A DNA stretch of 64,000 nucleotides, taken from NCBI GenBank assembly GCA_001724265.1, contig MEDY01000054.1, positions 124,001-188,000 on the forward strand. The letters run 5' to 3'. The notes below the pieces were generated by a model. It worked only from the letters and a program-made list of their open reading frames with translations, was not told where the DNA came from and ran no database searches. Of this stretch, positions 1 through 12,900 are shown one piece after another. Position numbers and translations under genes: made by a program. This DNA comes from Rhizaria sp. SCN 62-66 (taxonomy: Eukaryota). Position 1 is the first letter of the stretch. Each line of letters starts with the position of its first letter.

Positions 1-1
1 C

Positions 2-2077
2 GACACTGCGCGTCTTCTCATGCTCCGCCGCCGCGCGCGCGCCGTGGGAGCCGGAGGGAGAACCTGCGCCTGCATTAGCGTGCGCGGGGTCCGACGACGC
101 GCTGTATGCGGCGTGTGCGGGCGGCGCGCAGATGATGCACCAGAACGCCGCGAGTTCCTGTGCCGGCATGCGCGCGCCCGGGATGATGGCGAAGCGCATG
201 GCGTGCAGAGCCGCACGGATGCGCAGCATGTTATCCGGCGCCGGGAGCTCGGCCGCGGCGCGCGATACGTCGTCGCCGGGGCCCGTACCGGTGGGATACA
301 GCATCCGCAGCGCCGCCGCCGCCGCGTCTGCCGACTGCAAGTGGGCCTGCGAGTGCTGGGACTGCAGCTGCGGGGGCGGGGCGGTGAGCGCGGCGTAGTC
401 TGCCATGACAAGCTTGTGCAGCGCCAGTGACGCCGACAGCGCCGGCAGCGCGCCCGTGAGCGCGTTGGGTCCGGCCGCAACGGCGGCAGCGGCGGCCGCG
501 GCGGCCGTGGCCGCAGCCGCAGCGGCCGTGGCGGCCTCTGCCGTGTGACCGGCGGCCGCGGCGGTCTTGGGCGAGAGCGCGCGGATGGGCCGCGGGACCG
601 TCTCGGTGAGGATAGCGTCGATCTCTGGCAGCGGCGGCACGGTGACGTAGGCGGGCAGGCGGTGCGAGAGCCGCACTGGCGGCACGGGAAGCACGGGCGG
701 GCGGAAGAAGCCGCGCTCGACCTCAAGCCGCGACACTGCGGACGCCACGTGGGCCGCGTACTCAAAGCCACCGCTGCCGCCACCATTGAGACCAGTACCA
801 GCGCCCGTGCCAGGGCCAGGGCCAGGGCCAGTATTGCTGTCTGCGGTGCTGGTGTGGCCGCCGGTCACTGCGCTGTTGAGAGTAGCGCTACTGTTGCTGC
901 TGTTGCTGGCAGAGGCGCCGCCTCTGCCGCGGGCGGCGGGCGGGAGCAGCGCGTCTTTGCTCGACGACATCACCACCTGCCCGGGGTACTGCGCCGCGTG
1001 CGCTGCATGTGCAGATTGGAGGCGGGACGGTGGCGGCGCAGGCCCGTGCATAGGCCCCTGACCGTAGCCATGACCACTGTGGCCGCTGTGCATAGCGGGC
1101 GGAGTGGCGGCCTCGGACGCGGCGGCGATGGCGGGGGGCAAGTCGGCGTCCGAGCTGATGGCCTGGACCTCGGGCCGTGAGAGAAAGAACGGCGAGTAGG
1201 CCATCGCGGTGAAGAGCAGGTGCAGGCGCGGCACGCGCAGCAGCCACGCCGTGAGGGTCTCGAACACGGCGGGAGACACGCGCACACCCAGCAGCGTGCG
1301 CGCGCGAGACAACGGCTGTGACGATGACGATGACGATGACGATGATGATGACGATGATGATGGTGGTGATGAGAAGCCGACGCCGCTGCAGCTGCCGCCG
1401 GGGCTGCCGTCGGCGGCGGCGCAGCCGAGGCGGGCGCTGGCGGGGGTGGACAACAAGGCCGAGGTCGGGCCTGCTGAGGAAAACGCGGACGCCGAAGCAG
1501 AGGCGGAGGCGGAGGCGGAGGTAGAGGTAGAGGTAGAGGCAGGCGTTGCGGTGTCCCAGAGAGGCTCACAGCGGCAGGGGAGCTGGACGCCGCGGGCCGC
1601 GCCATGCGAGCTCAGGCGGTAGCACCAGTAGAGTGGGATCACCTCGGGCGGCGTGGGCGCACCGGCAGCGCTGTTGCCGAAGCCGTTACTGTTGGTGTTG
1701 GTGTTGCTGTTGACGCTGTGGCTGGGGCTGGGGGGGAAGTCGCCGTTGTGGGAGCCGGTCTGCGAGCTGGGGCGCGTGAGCCCCGGCAGCGAGTAGGCTT
1801 CGTCAACGCACGCAAGCAGCACAAATGCGGGCGTGGGTAGCGTGTTGAGCGCGGCCAGGGCGCTCGTGAGCGTGGGCGCGCCAGTCAGCACGAGGATGCG
1901 GACGACTTGGGCGTTCACTTGGGCGTGCACAAACGCGGCGCGGAACGTGGAAAACATCACGGGTCCCTCGTTCGGGGTAAGAAACGTCATGTCGGACACG
2001 CATGGTGTCGACTGCCACTGGATTTTTGTTTGAAGCGACGCTAGCGGGCCGCTGGCGACCGCTGGAGGGCGGAACAT
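2..2077 (-). CDS. Hypothetical Ala/Ser-rich protein, 3' end truncated by the window edge (>690 aa)
   Basis: ATG at 2077-2075 opens a frame (MFRPPAVASGPLASLQTKIQWQSTPCVSDMTFLTPNEGPVMFSTFRAAFV...) in which I found no stop to the window edge. GC and Ala/Ser composition match the other genes, and the start coincides with the AT-to-GC transition. It is absent from the ORF track because it has no stop in the window. No family recognised. Confidence 0.75.
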   Translation of the reverse strand, partial: MFRPPAVASGPLASLQTKIQWQSTPCVSDMTFLTPNEGPVMFSTFRAAFVHAQVNAQVVRILVLTGAPTLTSALAALNTLPTPAFVLLACVDEAYSLPGLTRPSSQTGSHNGDFPPSPSHSVNSNTNTNSNGFGNSAAGAPTPPEVIPLYWCYRLSSHGAARGVQLPCRCEPLWDTATPASTSTSTSASASASASASAFSSAGPTSALLSTPASARLGCAAADGSPGGSCSGVGFSSPPSSSSSSSSSSSSSSQPLSRARTLLGVRVSPAVFETLTAWLLRVPRLHLLFTAMAYSPFFLSRPEVQAISSDADLPPAIAAASEAATPPAMHSGHSGHGYGQGPMHGPAPPPSRLQSAHAAHAAQYPGQVVMSSSKDALLPPAARGRGGASASNSSNSSATLNSAVTGGHTSTADSNTGPGPGPGTGAGTGLNGGGSGGFEYAAHVASAVSRLEVERGFFRPPVLPVPPVRLSHRLPAYVTVPPLPEIDAILTETVPRPIRALSPKTAAAAGHTAEAATAAAAAATAAAAAAAAVAAGPNALTGALPALSASLALHKLVMADYAALTAPPPQLQSQHSQAHLQSADAAAAALRMLYPTGTGPGDDVSRAAAELPAPDNMLRIRAALHAMRFAIIPGARMPAQELAAFWCIICAPPAHAAYSASSDPAHANAGAGSPSGSHGARAAAEHEKTRSV

Positions 2078-2561
2078 GGTTGTGCTTCTTATCAGAGCAA
2101 CAAGGATATCGTCTCGTAAAACCTACGAGCTCAAGGGTCCGTCCAAAAGGCTACAGTTAAAATATAATATAGGAAGACAGAATAATAAGTCGATGAAATC
2201 AATTAAACAACAATACAGCACTTCCCGATCGGCCCAGCACTATTCTCCTGGGCGCCCAGCGCGTTTGCAAAGCCACCCCCCTTGCCCGCCACTGCGCCAC
2301 AGCAAGCAGCAACAGGAGAGTATTTGTGGTCGGATTGCACAACATAGTCATTGCCAGCATATACCAGCGCAAATTAAGATATCCCCGCAGGATCATGTTT
2401 TAATCATTGTTTTTCATGTGTATTTACGTGAAAAAATAGTCCAAAACGCCTATTTTTAGGGAGACATCTCCACAGCATCAAACCCAACTCAACAACAACA
2501 GTACAGTTCACAAACAACAGCCCGCCAGCGCCGTCACACGCGTTGTCCGACACCGCCGCGC

Positions 2562-3639
2562 TCACAGCGCCTCGATCTTGGGCTGCGGGGTGTTGATCTC
2601 GCTGACGCGCGTCGACACGCTGCCGTCAGCCTCGCCGAAGAAGGCCTTGCACGCCATGCCCACGAATAGCCCCGTGTCGACAATCCCGGGCACGTGCAGC
2701 AGCTGCGAGTGAAGCTTGGCGACCTTGGCCGCCGGGACCGCGCCGAAGCTCGCGTCGACAATCAGGTTCCCGTTGTCCGAGACCACGGGCCCGGCTTTCG
2801 CGCTGCCGCCCATGCGCAGGACAGGGGTCGCGCCCATCGCCGTGAGACGCCGCAGGACGGGCTGCAGAGCGCACGGGATCACCTCGAGCGGGACGCCGGC
2901 CTTCCACGCCTCGCCCAGCGCCGAGGACGCCTTGCGATAGTCGGCGATAATGACGAGGCGCGCCGAGTTGAACGCGATGATCTTCTCCTGCACGTGGCAC
3001 GCGCCGCCGCCCTTGATGAGGTTGAGCTCCGAGTCGACCTCGTCCGCGCCGTCGATGGTCACGTCGATCAGCGGCTCGCGCGCCAGCGAGGTAAGCGTCA
3101 GGCCGTGCGTCAGGATCAGCTGCTCAGCCTGGAACGAGGACGGGATGCAGCGCAGCTTCAGGCCCTGTCGTGTCGTGAGCGCAAGTGTTGTTGCGAAGGT
3201 GTGAGTGGACACCAATGTGTGCGAGGTAGAGGGGAAAAGAGAAATTGCGAGGTAAGCGGAAGTCACGTAGGTGATTATCGAAAATGAATTTTGCTGATTG
3301 AAATAAATGTGTGATTGGTACGAAAAAATGTGGTTGATATTGTTGGTGGCAGTCATGATAGGAGAAATATCTATTGAATTCATGCGAAACGGACCTCGGA
3401 CTTGACGCGCTCGACGATGCGGTCAACGGCGTACACAACGGTGGAACCAGAGCCAATGCCAACAACCATGCCATCCTAGAAAATAAAATACAGGGAAATA
3501 CATTATGTGAGCTCACCGGTGCTAACGAGCGAGGGTGATCCGGCGATATCCTTGAAAATGCAGAGAGAGACCGTACCTGAACGAACTCGTCGACGGCGGC
3601 GTATGCAGCCTTCTTCTTGGCCTCCTCAATAGCAGACAT
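2562..3639 (-). CDS. RPIA: Ribose-5-phosphate isomerase A (3 exons, 248 aa)
   Basis: Exons 3639-3577, 3475-3395 and 3164-2562; introns GTACGG..TAG and GTCCGT..CAG keep the frame. RpiA motifs: AKKKAAYAAV, GIGSGSTV, DVTIDGADEVD, LIKGGGACHVQEKI, PVVSDNGN, PGIVDTGLF. Ends in TGA. Confidence 0.97.
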
Positions 3640-3954
3640 GTGTCCGTTACCTGCGAATTTGAAAATGAATCCGAACACAAAAGCGCGTTGTTAATAATGT
3701 GTGTTAATTAAAATCGTTCTGCTTGCGAGATGATCGCACAGTGCAAAATCCAAGCTCTGGTTCCTTTTCACCTCAAACGAGAAATGCAGCGACGTAGTCT
3801 AACTCACATTTCTTCGATTTTCATCGAATTAACCTTACTCAAACAATTATTTCTCTACGTATCATATAGAAATTGCGCGCACCAACCTATCTCGAACCTT
3901 AACACAAAGCTTCATTGACAGGACATACCACTATTCAACTAAACGGGGTGCTTC

Positions 3955-6900
3955 ATGGAGATCTCGCGCCCCTCGGCTAAATCCAAGCAGAAGAAGGCCC
4001 AGCAAACCAAACAACAAGACTCAAAACATGCGCAGAAGCAGCAATCGCAAGAATCCCGTGCGTCTGCTGTTGTCGATCCTGTCCCGCACGTTGTCGAGCC
4101 TGTTGCACCGAAAACAGTCGCGTCTCCGGTCGCTCCTGCCGAGTCCACGGTTGTCCCCGCAGTCTCAGCATCTTCTTCCTCATCGCTTGCTCCCACAGTC
4201 GCCGCGCCCGCCGCGGCCAACCTTGTCGTAGCACCGGCTGATGTCGCCGTTGATGAAGAGTACGGCGTGATTCTCGGCCGCTCCACGGAGCCCGCAATAG
4301 AATCAGCAGCAGCAACAGCAACAGCAACAGCAGCTACTGCGAAGGCTGAGCCTGAGCCTCTTGCCGCTGCCACTGTCGCTGCCTCTGAGGCCGAGCCCGC
4401 CTGCGCTGCTACTGCCACCTTCGCCGACGAGACTGTCGCGGGCTCCCTCGCGTTGGCCACGCGGCCCGCGCGTGCAGAGAGCGATCTCTCTGTGCTCATG
4501 AACGTCCCTGGCGCCGCACGCGCCGCCGTCGCCGTCGCAGAGGCCGAGGCCGAGGCTGAGCCTGAGCCTGAGGATGCGGTCACGCTCGCCGCCAGCATCC
4601 AGGCCGCCGTTGCCGCGGTGACGACGCCTGCGGCGGTCGCCGAGGAGGAGGAAAACGAAGTAAATGCGTCGACGACTCCGCCTGCGTATGCGTATGATGG
4701 CGTGGTCGTTGTTGCTCAAGAGCACAGCAGTGCAGTTGTAGAGGCGGAAGCTGTGGATGCGCCTGCTGCTGCGCATGATGCAGTCTTAGCTCCGTCAGCA
4801 GACGCTGTTGCCGTCTCCGCTCAGGCTCAGGAGGCTGTTTCTGTCCCCGCGGTCGCATCTGTAGTGTCTGTGCCAGTCTCTGTCGTCGCTGCTAGCCGTA
4901 TTGCGGTAGCAGAGCCGGAGCCGGAGCAAATCACTGTGCTAACGGTGCCGAGTTTATCTGCTCCCAGCTACAGTAACGTTGTTGCGCAACACGCCCAGCT
5001 GCAGCGGCAAGTCGACATGCATGCAGTGCACCCGCTGGTCCAAGCGCCCTCTCTGCAAGCACAGTCACTGCAGTCTCAGGCGCAGTCTCCGGCGCGGTCT
5101 CAGGTGCAAGAGCAGCAGGAGAGGAGCCACCATGCCGCCTCCTCGCTGGTCGTTGCGGCCGCAGTGACCCAGTCCGCGGCCGCCGCCGTCGCTGATGCCG
5201 CCGCGGCGCCTCTGGCCTCGGCGGCCCTCGTGGCGGCAGTGGAGGCCGCCGCCGCCGCCGAGCTGGCTGCGACGCACGCCGAAGCCGCCGCGCTGGACGC
5301 GACAGTGCTGCGACCCTCGGCGGCCGTGGTCGCGACTGGCACAGCGGCCGGGGACGCGCAGGGGCTGTTCCACTTCCCGCCCGGGTACGTCATCGACACC
5401 AGGCACATCAGCAAACCGCACACGCGCCCCAGTCTTAGCGGTTTTAGCAACAACGGCAATAGCGAGCATGTACCCGAAGGCGACTCAAGCGTTGCCGCTG
5501 CTGCGCGCGCGCGCGTGCGTCAGCTTGTCGACCTCCTGCAGGCTGCGCGCGTGGCGAGCGTTGAGGAAGAGCGCGCCGTTGCCGCTCAGCGCAAGTTAAG
5601 CCGCCACGCGGCCGCGCTGTCAACGCGCGTGCTGCAGGTCGCCGTTGCGATGACGCCGGAGCAGAGCGTGACCGACGACAACGAGGTGTTCCGCGCCGCC
5701 GTGCGCTACTATACCGTCACCAACGACACGGCGGCGGGCGCCACGGCGGCGGCAGCCTTTGCGACGGCGCTGCAGGCCCGCAGTGAGGTAATGCTCGGCC
5801 GCGTTCTTGAAGCACGGCTCGCACGCTCCCATGCCACGGCGGCGTTTGAGGCCGCGCTCGCCGCTGTGCTCGTCGACGCGGGGGTCGCGAGGCCCGGCGC
5901 GGTTGCGGGCAAGTTAGGCCGCGCATGCGCGAAGTTAGGCCGCTTGCAGAGCCGGCCACGTGTGCCAGTGGGGCCTGGGGGCGCCGATGCGGGCGACAAC
6001 GACAACAACGGCCACATTGCCACTGCTGCCGACTTCTCCTCCTCTGACTCCGATAGCGGCCGTGCTGTGCTCAGTGCCAGCAGCAGCAACGGCGCAGCAG
6101 CAGCGGCGGCACACGCTGGCGAGTCAGATTCTGACTCGGACTCAGACGCCGAGAGCGGCAGCGGTAGCGGGCGTGTGGCTGACTGGTTTGGCCTGCCGTC
6201 CGCGCTGCGTCTTGCGCCCGGGCTGCCGCTGGGCTGTCTTGCGCTGCCCGCGCCCGCCGCGAACTGCCGGGCGCGGCAAACCGCGCTGGCGACGCTGCGG
6301 GGGCTCCTCGTCGCGCTGCTGGCTTTTGACGCGCTCACGCCGGAGCAACTAAGGGGGTACTTAGTGCAGGACCCCGCTGCGCCGCGCGACCCGGGCGCCG
6401 GCATCGACTCCGACTCGGACTCTGGCGCTGACGCAGACGCCGCTGCCAACGCGGCTGTTAACGCGAGCAGCCGTGGCGTTGTAGATGATTGGGACTCGCC
6501 CCCGCGCGACACCTCAGATGAGCCCGCCTCACCGCCGCCTATGTACTCGGCAGATGCGCACGCAAAGCGCAAAGTCCCCATCTACACTGCATCGGTCTCC
6601 GTGCCCCCCGCGATCGCCGCTCTCCCGCTGCCTGCGCCGCGCGGGGCGCACCCGTTCACGTCCCCCGCGCCCGCCGTGACCGCGGGCTCGGCGGCCGGAC
6701 AGGGCTACCCGCTGCAGCGCGCGCCGCTGCTGCCGCCCGCGCTTCCGTCTGCAGCTTACCACCCGGGTTTTGGCGGCACGCCCGCCGGCGGGCTCTGGCA
6801 CCCGCTGCGCGCGCGCCCGCCGCTGCCCGCCGTGACCTCGGCGACGGCCGCGGCCGCTATGGCGCTGGCGCCCCCCGCGGGCGGCGCGGCTGCGGACGGC

Positions 6901-9900
6901 GCTGCGACCGACGCAGCGCTGTCCCACGCGCTGCTGCGGCACACTGTCGCCGGCTTCACGTTCATGGTGGGCGGCGACGTCGACGCCGTGGCCGCGACCG
7001 AGACCGTGGCGACTGCGCCCACGCGCGCCGATGCCGCCGCGGAGCAGGGCCGCGGCGTGACGGGCGTCCTGACGGCGGTGGCGGCCGAGGCGGGGCTCGA
7101 AACGGGTCCGCTCACGGTCTCGCTGCGCGTCGACACCGCGAAGCCCCCGACTGCAGTCAGCGCCCGCAATAACAACGACGGTGATGGTGAGCGTGGCGGG
7201 TCTGTGCGCGTGCGCATCGCGTTCGCCGTTCCCGCGGCCGCGCCTGCGGCATCAGTCAGCGCCGGCGCCGCGCGAGTGCCCACAGTTGTCGACGCAGAGC
7301 CGCTGCCGTGGCGCGTGCGCGGACCGGGCGCGCGCGAGAAGCTGGACCAGCTCGTCGCGAGCCAGCCGCGCGGGATCATGCGCCCGGTGACGGCCATCGT
7401 GGCGACCTTAGGCAACCTCATCATCTCCTCGTCCTCGGACGATGACGGCCAGGGAGACGAGATCGAACCCGAGGACGCGGCCTCCGCCGAGCAGCGCGCC
7501 TCCGCGGCCTATCAGCGCCGCTGCGCGCGCCAGCAACGGTCTGCGCTCGCGCGCGGGTACTATCTGTCCCGCGCGCATACGCAGGTTGGCACCGGCTCCA
7601 CCCCGGGGGCACGCGTCCCCGCTCTTGTCGGCGGCGGCGGCGTTTCTGTTGCGGCAGCGAACGCCGCCGCTGACGCGTGGGCGGGCTCTTTTTTCGGTCC
7701 CGGCGCCTCGGCCGCGCTCGCGAGCAACGCGCTGACCGCTCTGTGGCCCACGGCGACGGGCGGCCACGCCGACGTCCCCTCGGTTGCGGACTCGGCCGCT
7801 GCGAGCGCGTACTGGCTGCACCGCCACCGCAACGCCGGGGCGCGTCCTTCGCTGCTCGCGCCCGCCACTGCTGCAGTCGCGCGCTGGCCGTGGCTGCCGA
7901 CCGCGCCGACGGCGCTGCGCATGCGCTCGAACAACGCGAGCTCTGCTGCCGCTGCTGCTGCTGCCACGGCCGCGGCGGCGGCTGAGGCTGAGGGACTGAT
8001 GTCGCCTAACGCCGGCGAGCTCGGTTCTGGCGGCGGCGGCGGCGCGGCCGCGTATGTGCCGCCCCCGCCGCCCGGCGGCGACAACAGCAGCAACGCGTAT
8101 GGCGGGGACGCGGACCCCGACGCGGGCGCACTGCCGCCCAGCTATGCGGACGCTATCCACCAGTTCCATGCCAACTTCCCGCTCGCTGCGGCTGCGGGCA
8201 ACAGCGGCAACAACGGCGCCGACTACAACGTGCATAACGGCGCCGACTACGAGGCGAGCGAGGCCGGCAACGCCTTCGCTGCGCCGAGTTACCAAAGCGT
8301 CGTCCTCGCTGGCGCTGACGCGGGTCACAGCGGTGGCGGCGCGCGCGGAGGCCGCCGCCGTCGCCGCCGCGCCGGCGCGCGCGTGTTGCCGCTGCGGTCC
8401 TCCGCGCTGTCGATGGTACAGGCGCCGCTAGCGACGACGCTGGCATTCCCCGCGCAGTACTTGGTCGACACGCCCTCGATCGTCGTGCGCGCGCTGGACA
8501 AAGAGGCCACGGCTGCCGCGCAGCAGGCCCGCGAGCGCCGCGGCGAGTGCAGGCAGCAGCGCCAGTGGCGGCGCCGCGAGCGCGCGCTGGCCGTCGCGTT
8601 TGCGGGCGCCAACGACGCCGCCGCGAGCAGCTCCAGCAGCAGCGACAGCGACGCGGACGTGGGTTATCGCCGCGACAACGAGGAGGAAGATGGGCCCTCG
8701 GCCCCCAGCGCCGCCGCGGCCGCGCGCGCGGCGGACCTGCTGCCGCCACAGCAGCTGCAGGCCGTGATGGCCGCGCTGGGCGCGCCCACACTCACGCTGC
8801 CGGCCACGACGGCCCCCGGCGCGCCGCGCGCCGCCGCCGCCGCCGCCGCTCTGACAGGCGGCGGCGTGCTGGCGCTACGCGCGGGCGTGCGCCGGTGGGC
8901 CGCGCTCGTGGCCGCGTTGCTGCTGCGCTGCGGCGGCCTGCGCGACCACCGGTTCGTGCTCGCCGCGGCGCTGCGGCGCGGGGCCGGCGCGGGCGAGTGG
9001 CTCAATCCGGTCTCGTTCCCGCTAGCCAACGCCGTCGCGGCCGCCGAGGAAGCCGCTGCTAGCGGTATGATTGGCGGTGGTGTTGAGGCCAACAGAGCAG
9101 TGGACGCCGCCTTCGTGAGCGTGAGCGTGATCGACCTCGGAGCCCCGCTGCCTGCGTCTTTCTGGCGCTTCTCCCCGCTGTTGCGTCGCCACCTGCTGCT
9201 CTCGCTAGCCACGATCCTCACTCCAGGCGCCGCGTTTAAGCCCCCTGTGTCGTCCGATGCCACCGCCGCTTCGCCTGTTGGCGCTCTGTTGTCCGTTGCG
9301 CCGACTACGTTATCTGCCGCTGCAAGGGCTGCCGGGGGCGACGGCGAAAGCGGATCCGACAGCGAATGGGAGGCCGTCGACGCGTCCTACATTCCCTCTC
9401 TGTTACCGTCCTCGTTGTCGCCCTCCAACGCGCCCAGCCCCGTCAACGCCACTGCAGGCGGCGGTGCGGGACCGAGTGAGAGCGAGCTGTGCGCTCTGCT
9501 CGCGTGCGTGCCAGTGTCTGCCTTCGTGCGCGCGAGCGTGATCGACCTTGATGAGCTGCGCCCGCTGCCTCTGCCGGCCAACGCCGCGCGCGCCGCTGCC
9601 GCTGCAGTCGCAGCGCTTGCCCTCGATGCCGCCGCTCCCGCCTCCGCGTTGCTGTCCGGTGCGGGTGCAGGTGGAAGTGCGAGCGCGAGTGTGAGTATGG
9701 CTGTGAACGTGGCCAATCCTCCCAGCGACGCAGCTCTCTTTGCCTCCGCCGCGCCACAGGGAGGTCAGCCGCAGCAGCAGGCGGGTGGCCCGCGCGGTCT
9801 GTCCGCTCTGCTGGCGGCGTCGCTGGTGTTCACGTCGCATACGCACCCGCTGCCGACGCCGCGCGCGTGCCGCCGGCTCCGCGCGCGCGCGCTGGCGACC

Positions 9901-12900
9901 ACGCACGCGCTGACCGAGCTGCTGTGCCGCACTTTCCGCCGCCACGGCGACTGGCCCGACGCAGTGCGGCTTGCCGCGAAGCTCATCTCCGACGCCGCGT
10001 GGGCCGCCGCGCACTCGGCGCTACTGTTCGACGGCGTCGCCAGGGAGAGCCGCCGTCGCGCGGCTCTCCGCGCGCGCGCCGAGGCCGCCGGGCAGCACAT
10101 CTGCCGCTGCGAGCGGCCGCTGGTTGGCCCCCGCGCGGGCGAGGCGGTCGTCTTCTCCTCTACAACAGCGGCCGCGGCACGTGCGGGCGCGCTCGGCGTG
10201 GCGGTGACCGCTGACCTGGCTGCTGGACTCACCGCGCTTGAGGCCGCTGTTGACTCCGCCGTTGCTTCGGCCACTGGTGGCGCGCACGCGCCCGTGGCTA
10301 ACGCCTGTGCTGGCTGTTGCGGCGCTGTTTTCGGTGTGCGCTGGGACACAGACGCTGCTGGCCCTAACGGTGTGTCCTCTGCAGCTCGCGCAGGGGCAGC
10401 GAACGGCAGCATGTCCGACGGGGATGACGATAGCGAAAGCGACGATGACGCTGACGGCGCTGACAACGCCCCGGGTGCTGCCCCCGCCGCAGGACTCGGG
10501 TGGGCATATCAGCGCTCGCAAATGGAGCAGGCTCCGCCTGTCGCAAACGCTGCGCCCGGGCACGTGGCCGCGCCGCCGCGTCTTTCGCGCGCGTCGCAGC
10601 GGGGCCTCACCGCGCTTGTGACGAGTCTGCTGCTGCGCATGTGCGCGATTGTCGACGACAGCGCCGCGCTGCTTTTGCTGGCCACCGCGCTGCCGCTCGC
10701 CGCTCTGTCCGCGCACGCGCGCACGCGCGCGCTGGGCCTGTTGATTGCGGGCGAGGAGAAGGACCCCGCGCTCGCCCAGGCAAATAACAGCCAACACCGC
10801 GGTGCAGCCGCCACCAGCGGCTCTGTGCCCAGCGCAACGCAGCGGCTGATCGCGCTGCACACGCATCCGCGTGTGACGCCGCTAGCGATGTGGGCGCTGC
10901 GCGCGGCCGCGGGCTCCACGGTTGCACTGGACGCAAGCGGGACTGTCACCTTCCCGCGCGCGCCGCAGTTGCCGCCCCTTGTGCGCCTGCTGCAGCTGCT
11001 GGAGCGGCAGCCAGTACTCGCCCCGCACTTCCTCTCCACAGTGACCGCGGTCGCCACCTCAGGTATTGTCTCCGCGCCGTCGCGCGACAAGAACGCCAAC
11101 GGCGCCGGCGCCGCGCGCGGTGGCAACAACGCCGACGACGGGTCCAGGCCCAGCGCGCTCGTGCGCCGGTGCTGCGGCATCGTGGGCGCCGAGACATGGA
11201 CCGAGAAGGTCGTCGCAGCCGCGGCGCCGCTGCCTGCGGGCACGGACAGGCACGCAGTGTGGGGCGGCCTACTCGGCGACGCGGGCGCAGTGTTCGACAA
11301 CGAGCGCGAGGCCGTGATGACCGTGCTCACGAGCCCGCTCGCGCACGCGCTGCTGCCGCTCGTTCTCACGCTCACTCCGGGCGCCGGCGTCAACGAGCCC
11401 GCGGGAGCCCACGTTGCGCGACCCGCGATGGCCTCGGCCGCTGCGCTGGCGCTGGCGCGGGACCCCCTGGGTGTGGCGCCTGTTACAGCGCTCGCGTGGA
11501 CGCTTTTCATGGTTGCATATGTTCCTGAGATCGCGCCTGGTGTGAGTGTAAGCGCCGACGCGCGCGCCTCGGCGCTCTCCGTCGTTCCAGGTCTGCTTGA
11601 ACGTCTTTGCGGTTCTCTGCCGTCGCTGATCTCGCTGCTGCTCCTGTTGACACACTCGCACCTGTGCTCCGACAACGCGGCCGACCTTGTGTCTCTGTTC
11701 GAAGCACTTCCTTACGAGCGCTGGCGCCCATGTCTTACCGATCTGCGCGTGCTGGAAGCGCTGCTGCTTGCCGGTGCCGCCTCTGCCTCGTCCAGCTTCG
11801 TCTCCTCCGCGTACCAGGCCATCTCGACCGCGACCGCGGCTGCGGGCCACAAGGCCCTGGCTGTCGCGATGTCGTCTGCGCCCGCTGGCAACGGCAAATA
11901 TGCCGACATGACCGCTGATGCTGCCGCAGCTTCTTCTTTCGACGCGCTCGCTTCCACGCAGCTTTGCCCGGCGACGTCGCAATGCTTTTCCGCGGCCTCC
12001 AACACCGCGGGCGGCCGCGCCAGCGTCTCCTCTAGCGCGCACCCCCTGCCCTCGCCGCCCGGCTCCGTGGCGAGCGCCGCCGCCAGCACGATTGCGCAGC
12101 TGGTCGTGCTCTCACTGCCGCTCGGCTCGACGGCCGCGCGCGCGCCGCAGCTGGGCCACGCGCTGACGCTGACGCTGACCGACTCGCTGCTGCGCGTGCG
12201 CGCGCTAATGGTGCTGCACCGGTCCTACCCGCTGCCGGGGCCTGACGCTGAAGAGGCCGCCGCCGACGCCGAAGCCTCGAGCGAGGCCTAGCACAGCGCG
12301 AGCCTGTACCTGGCCGCGCTGCCGCCGCGCCACCCTGTGCTCGCGCCCCACGTTGACGCGGGCGCCCCCACGCCGAAGGCGATGGCCCCCGCACCTGCCT
12401 TGGTGGTCCCGCCGCTGGGCGCGCCGCTCGCGGCGTGGGCGCTGCTGTGGGCCGAGAACGCCGCGCTGGCAGCCGCGCAGGCGCCCGCGGCGTCGGGTCA
12501 GCGCGGCTACGGCGGTCCGGACCCGCTGCTGCTGGCCGCGGAGCACGTCTTCGGTCGCGTGCGCGACGCCGCGGCGCACGCTGCGTACATGACCGCGTCG
12601 CTCGCACCTGCGCTTAACGCACTAACGCTGCCGCTGGCGGCGCCGAGCGCTCCCATGGGCCCCGTCACCGCGGCGTGTGCGATGGCCACGGCCTCCGGGC
12701 TCAGCGCTGCCGGCGCGGCCGCGGCGGAGGCGGCGGCAGGCACGGGCAGCGAGGGTACCGCCGTGTTTTCCACTCTCTCCGCCTCCTCGGTGTGGGGAGG
12801 GAGCGTGCACAGCCACGGCAGCAACGGCCCGCTGCTGCTGAACCGCGGCCCCTCCGCGGCCTGGTGGAGCGTGGTCACGGCGAAGCTCATTTCTCTGCTG

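Noticed and set aside
12211-12291. Small phase-0 intron (GTGCTG...TAG) that would remove the in-frame TAG
   Set aside because: The donor does not match the GT(A/C)CG seen in all nine validated introns, there is no pyrimidine tract, and the segment is GC-rich and codes typical protein. It is not formally excluded without cDNA.
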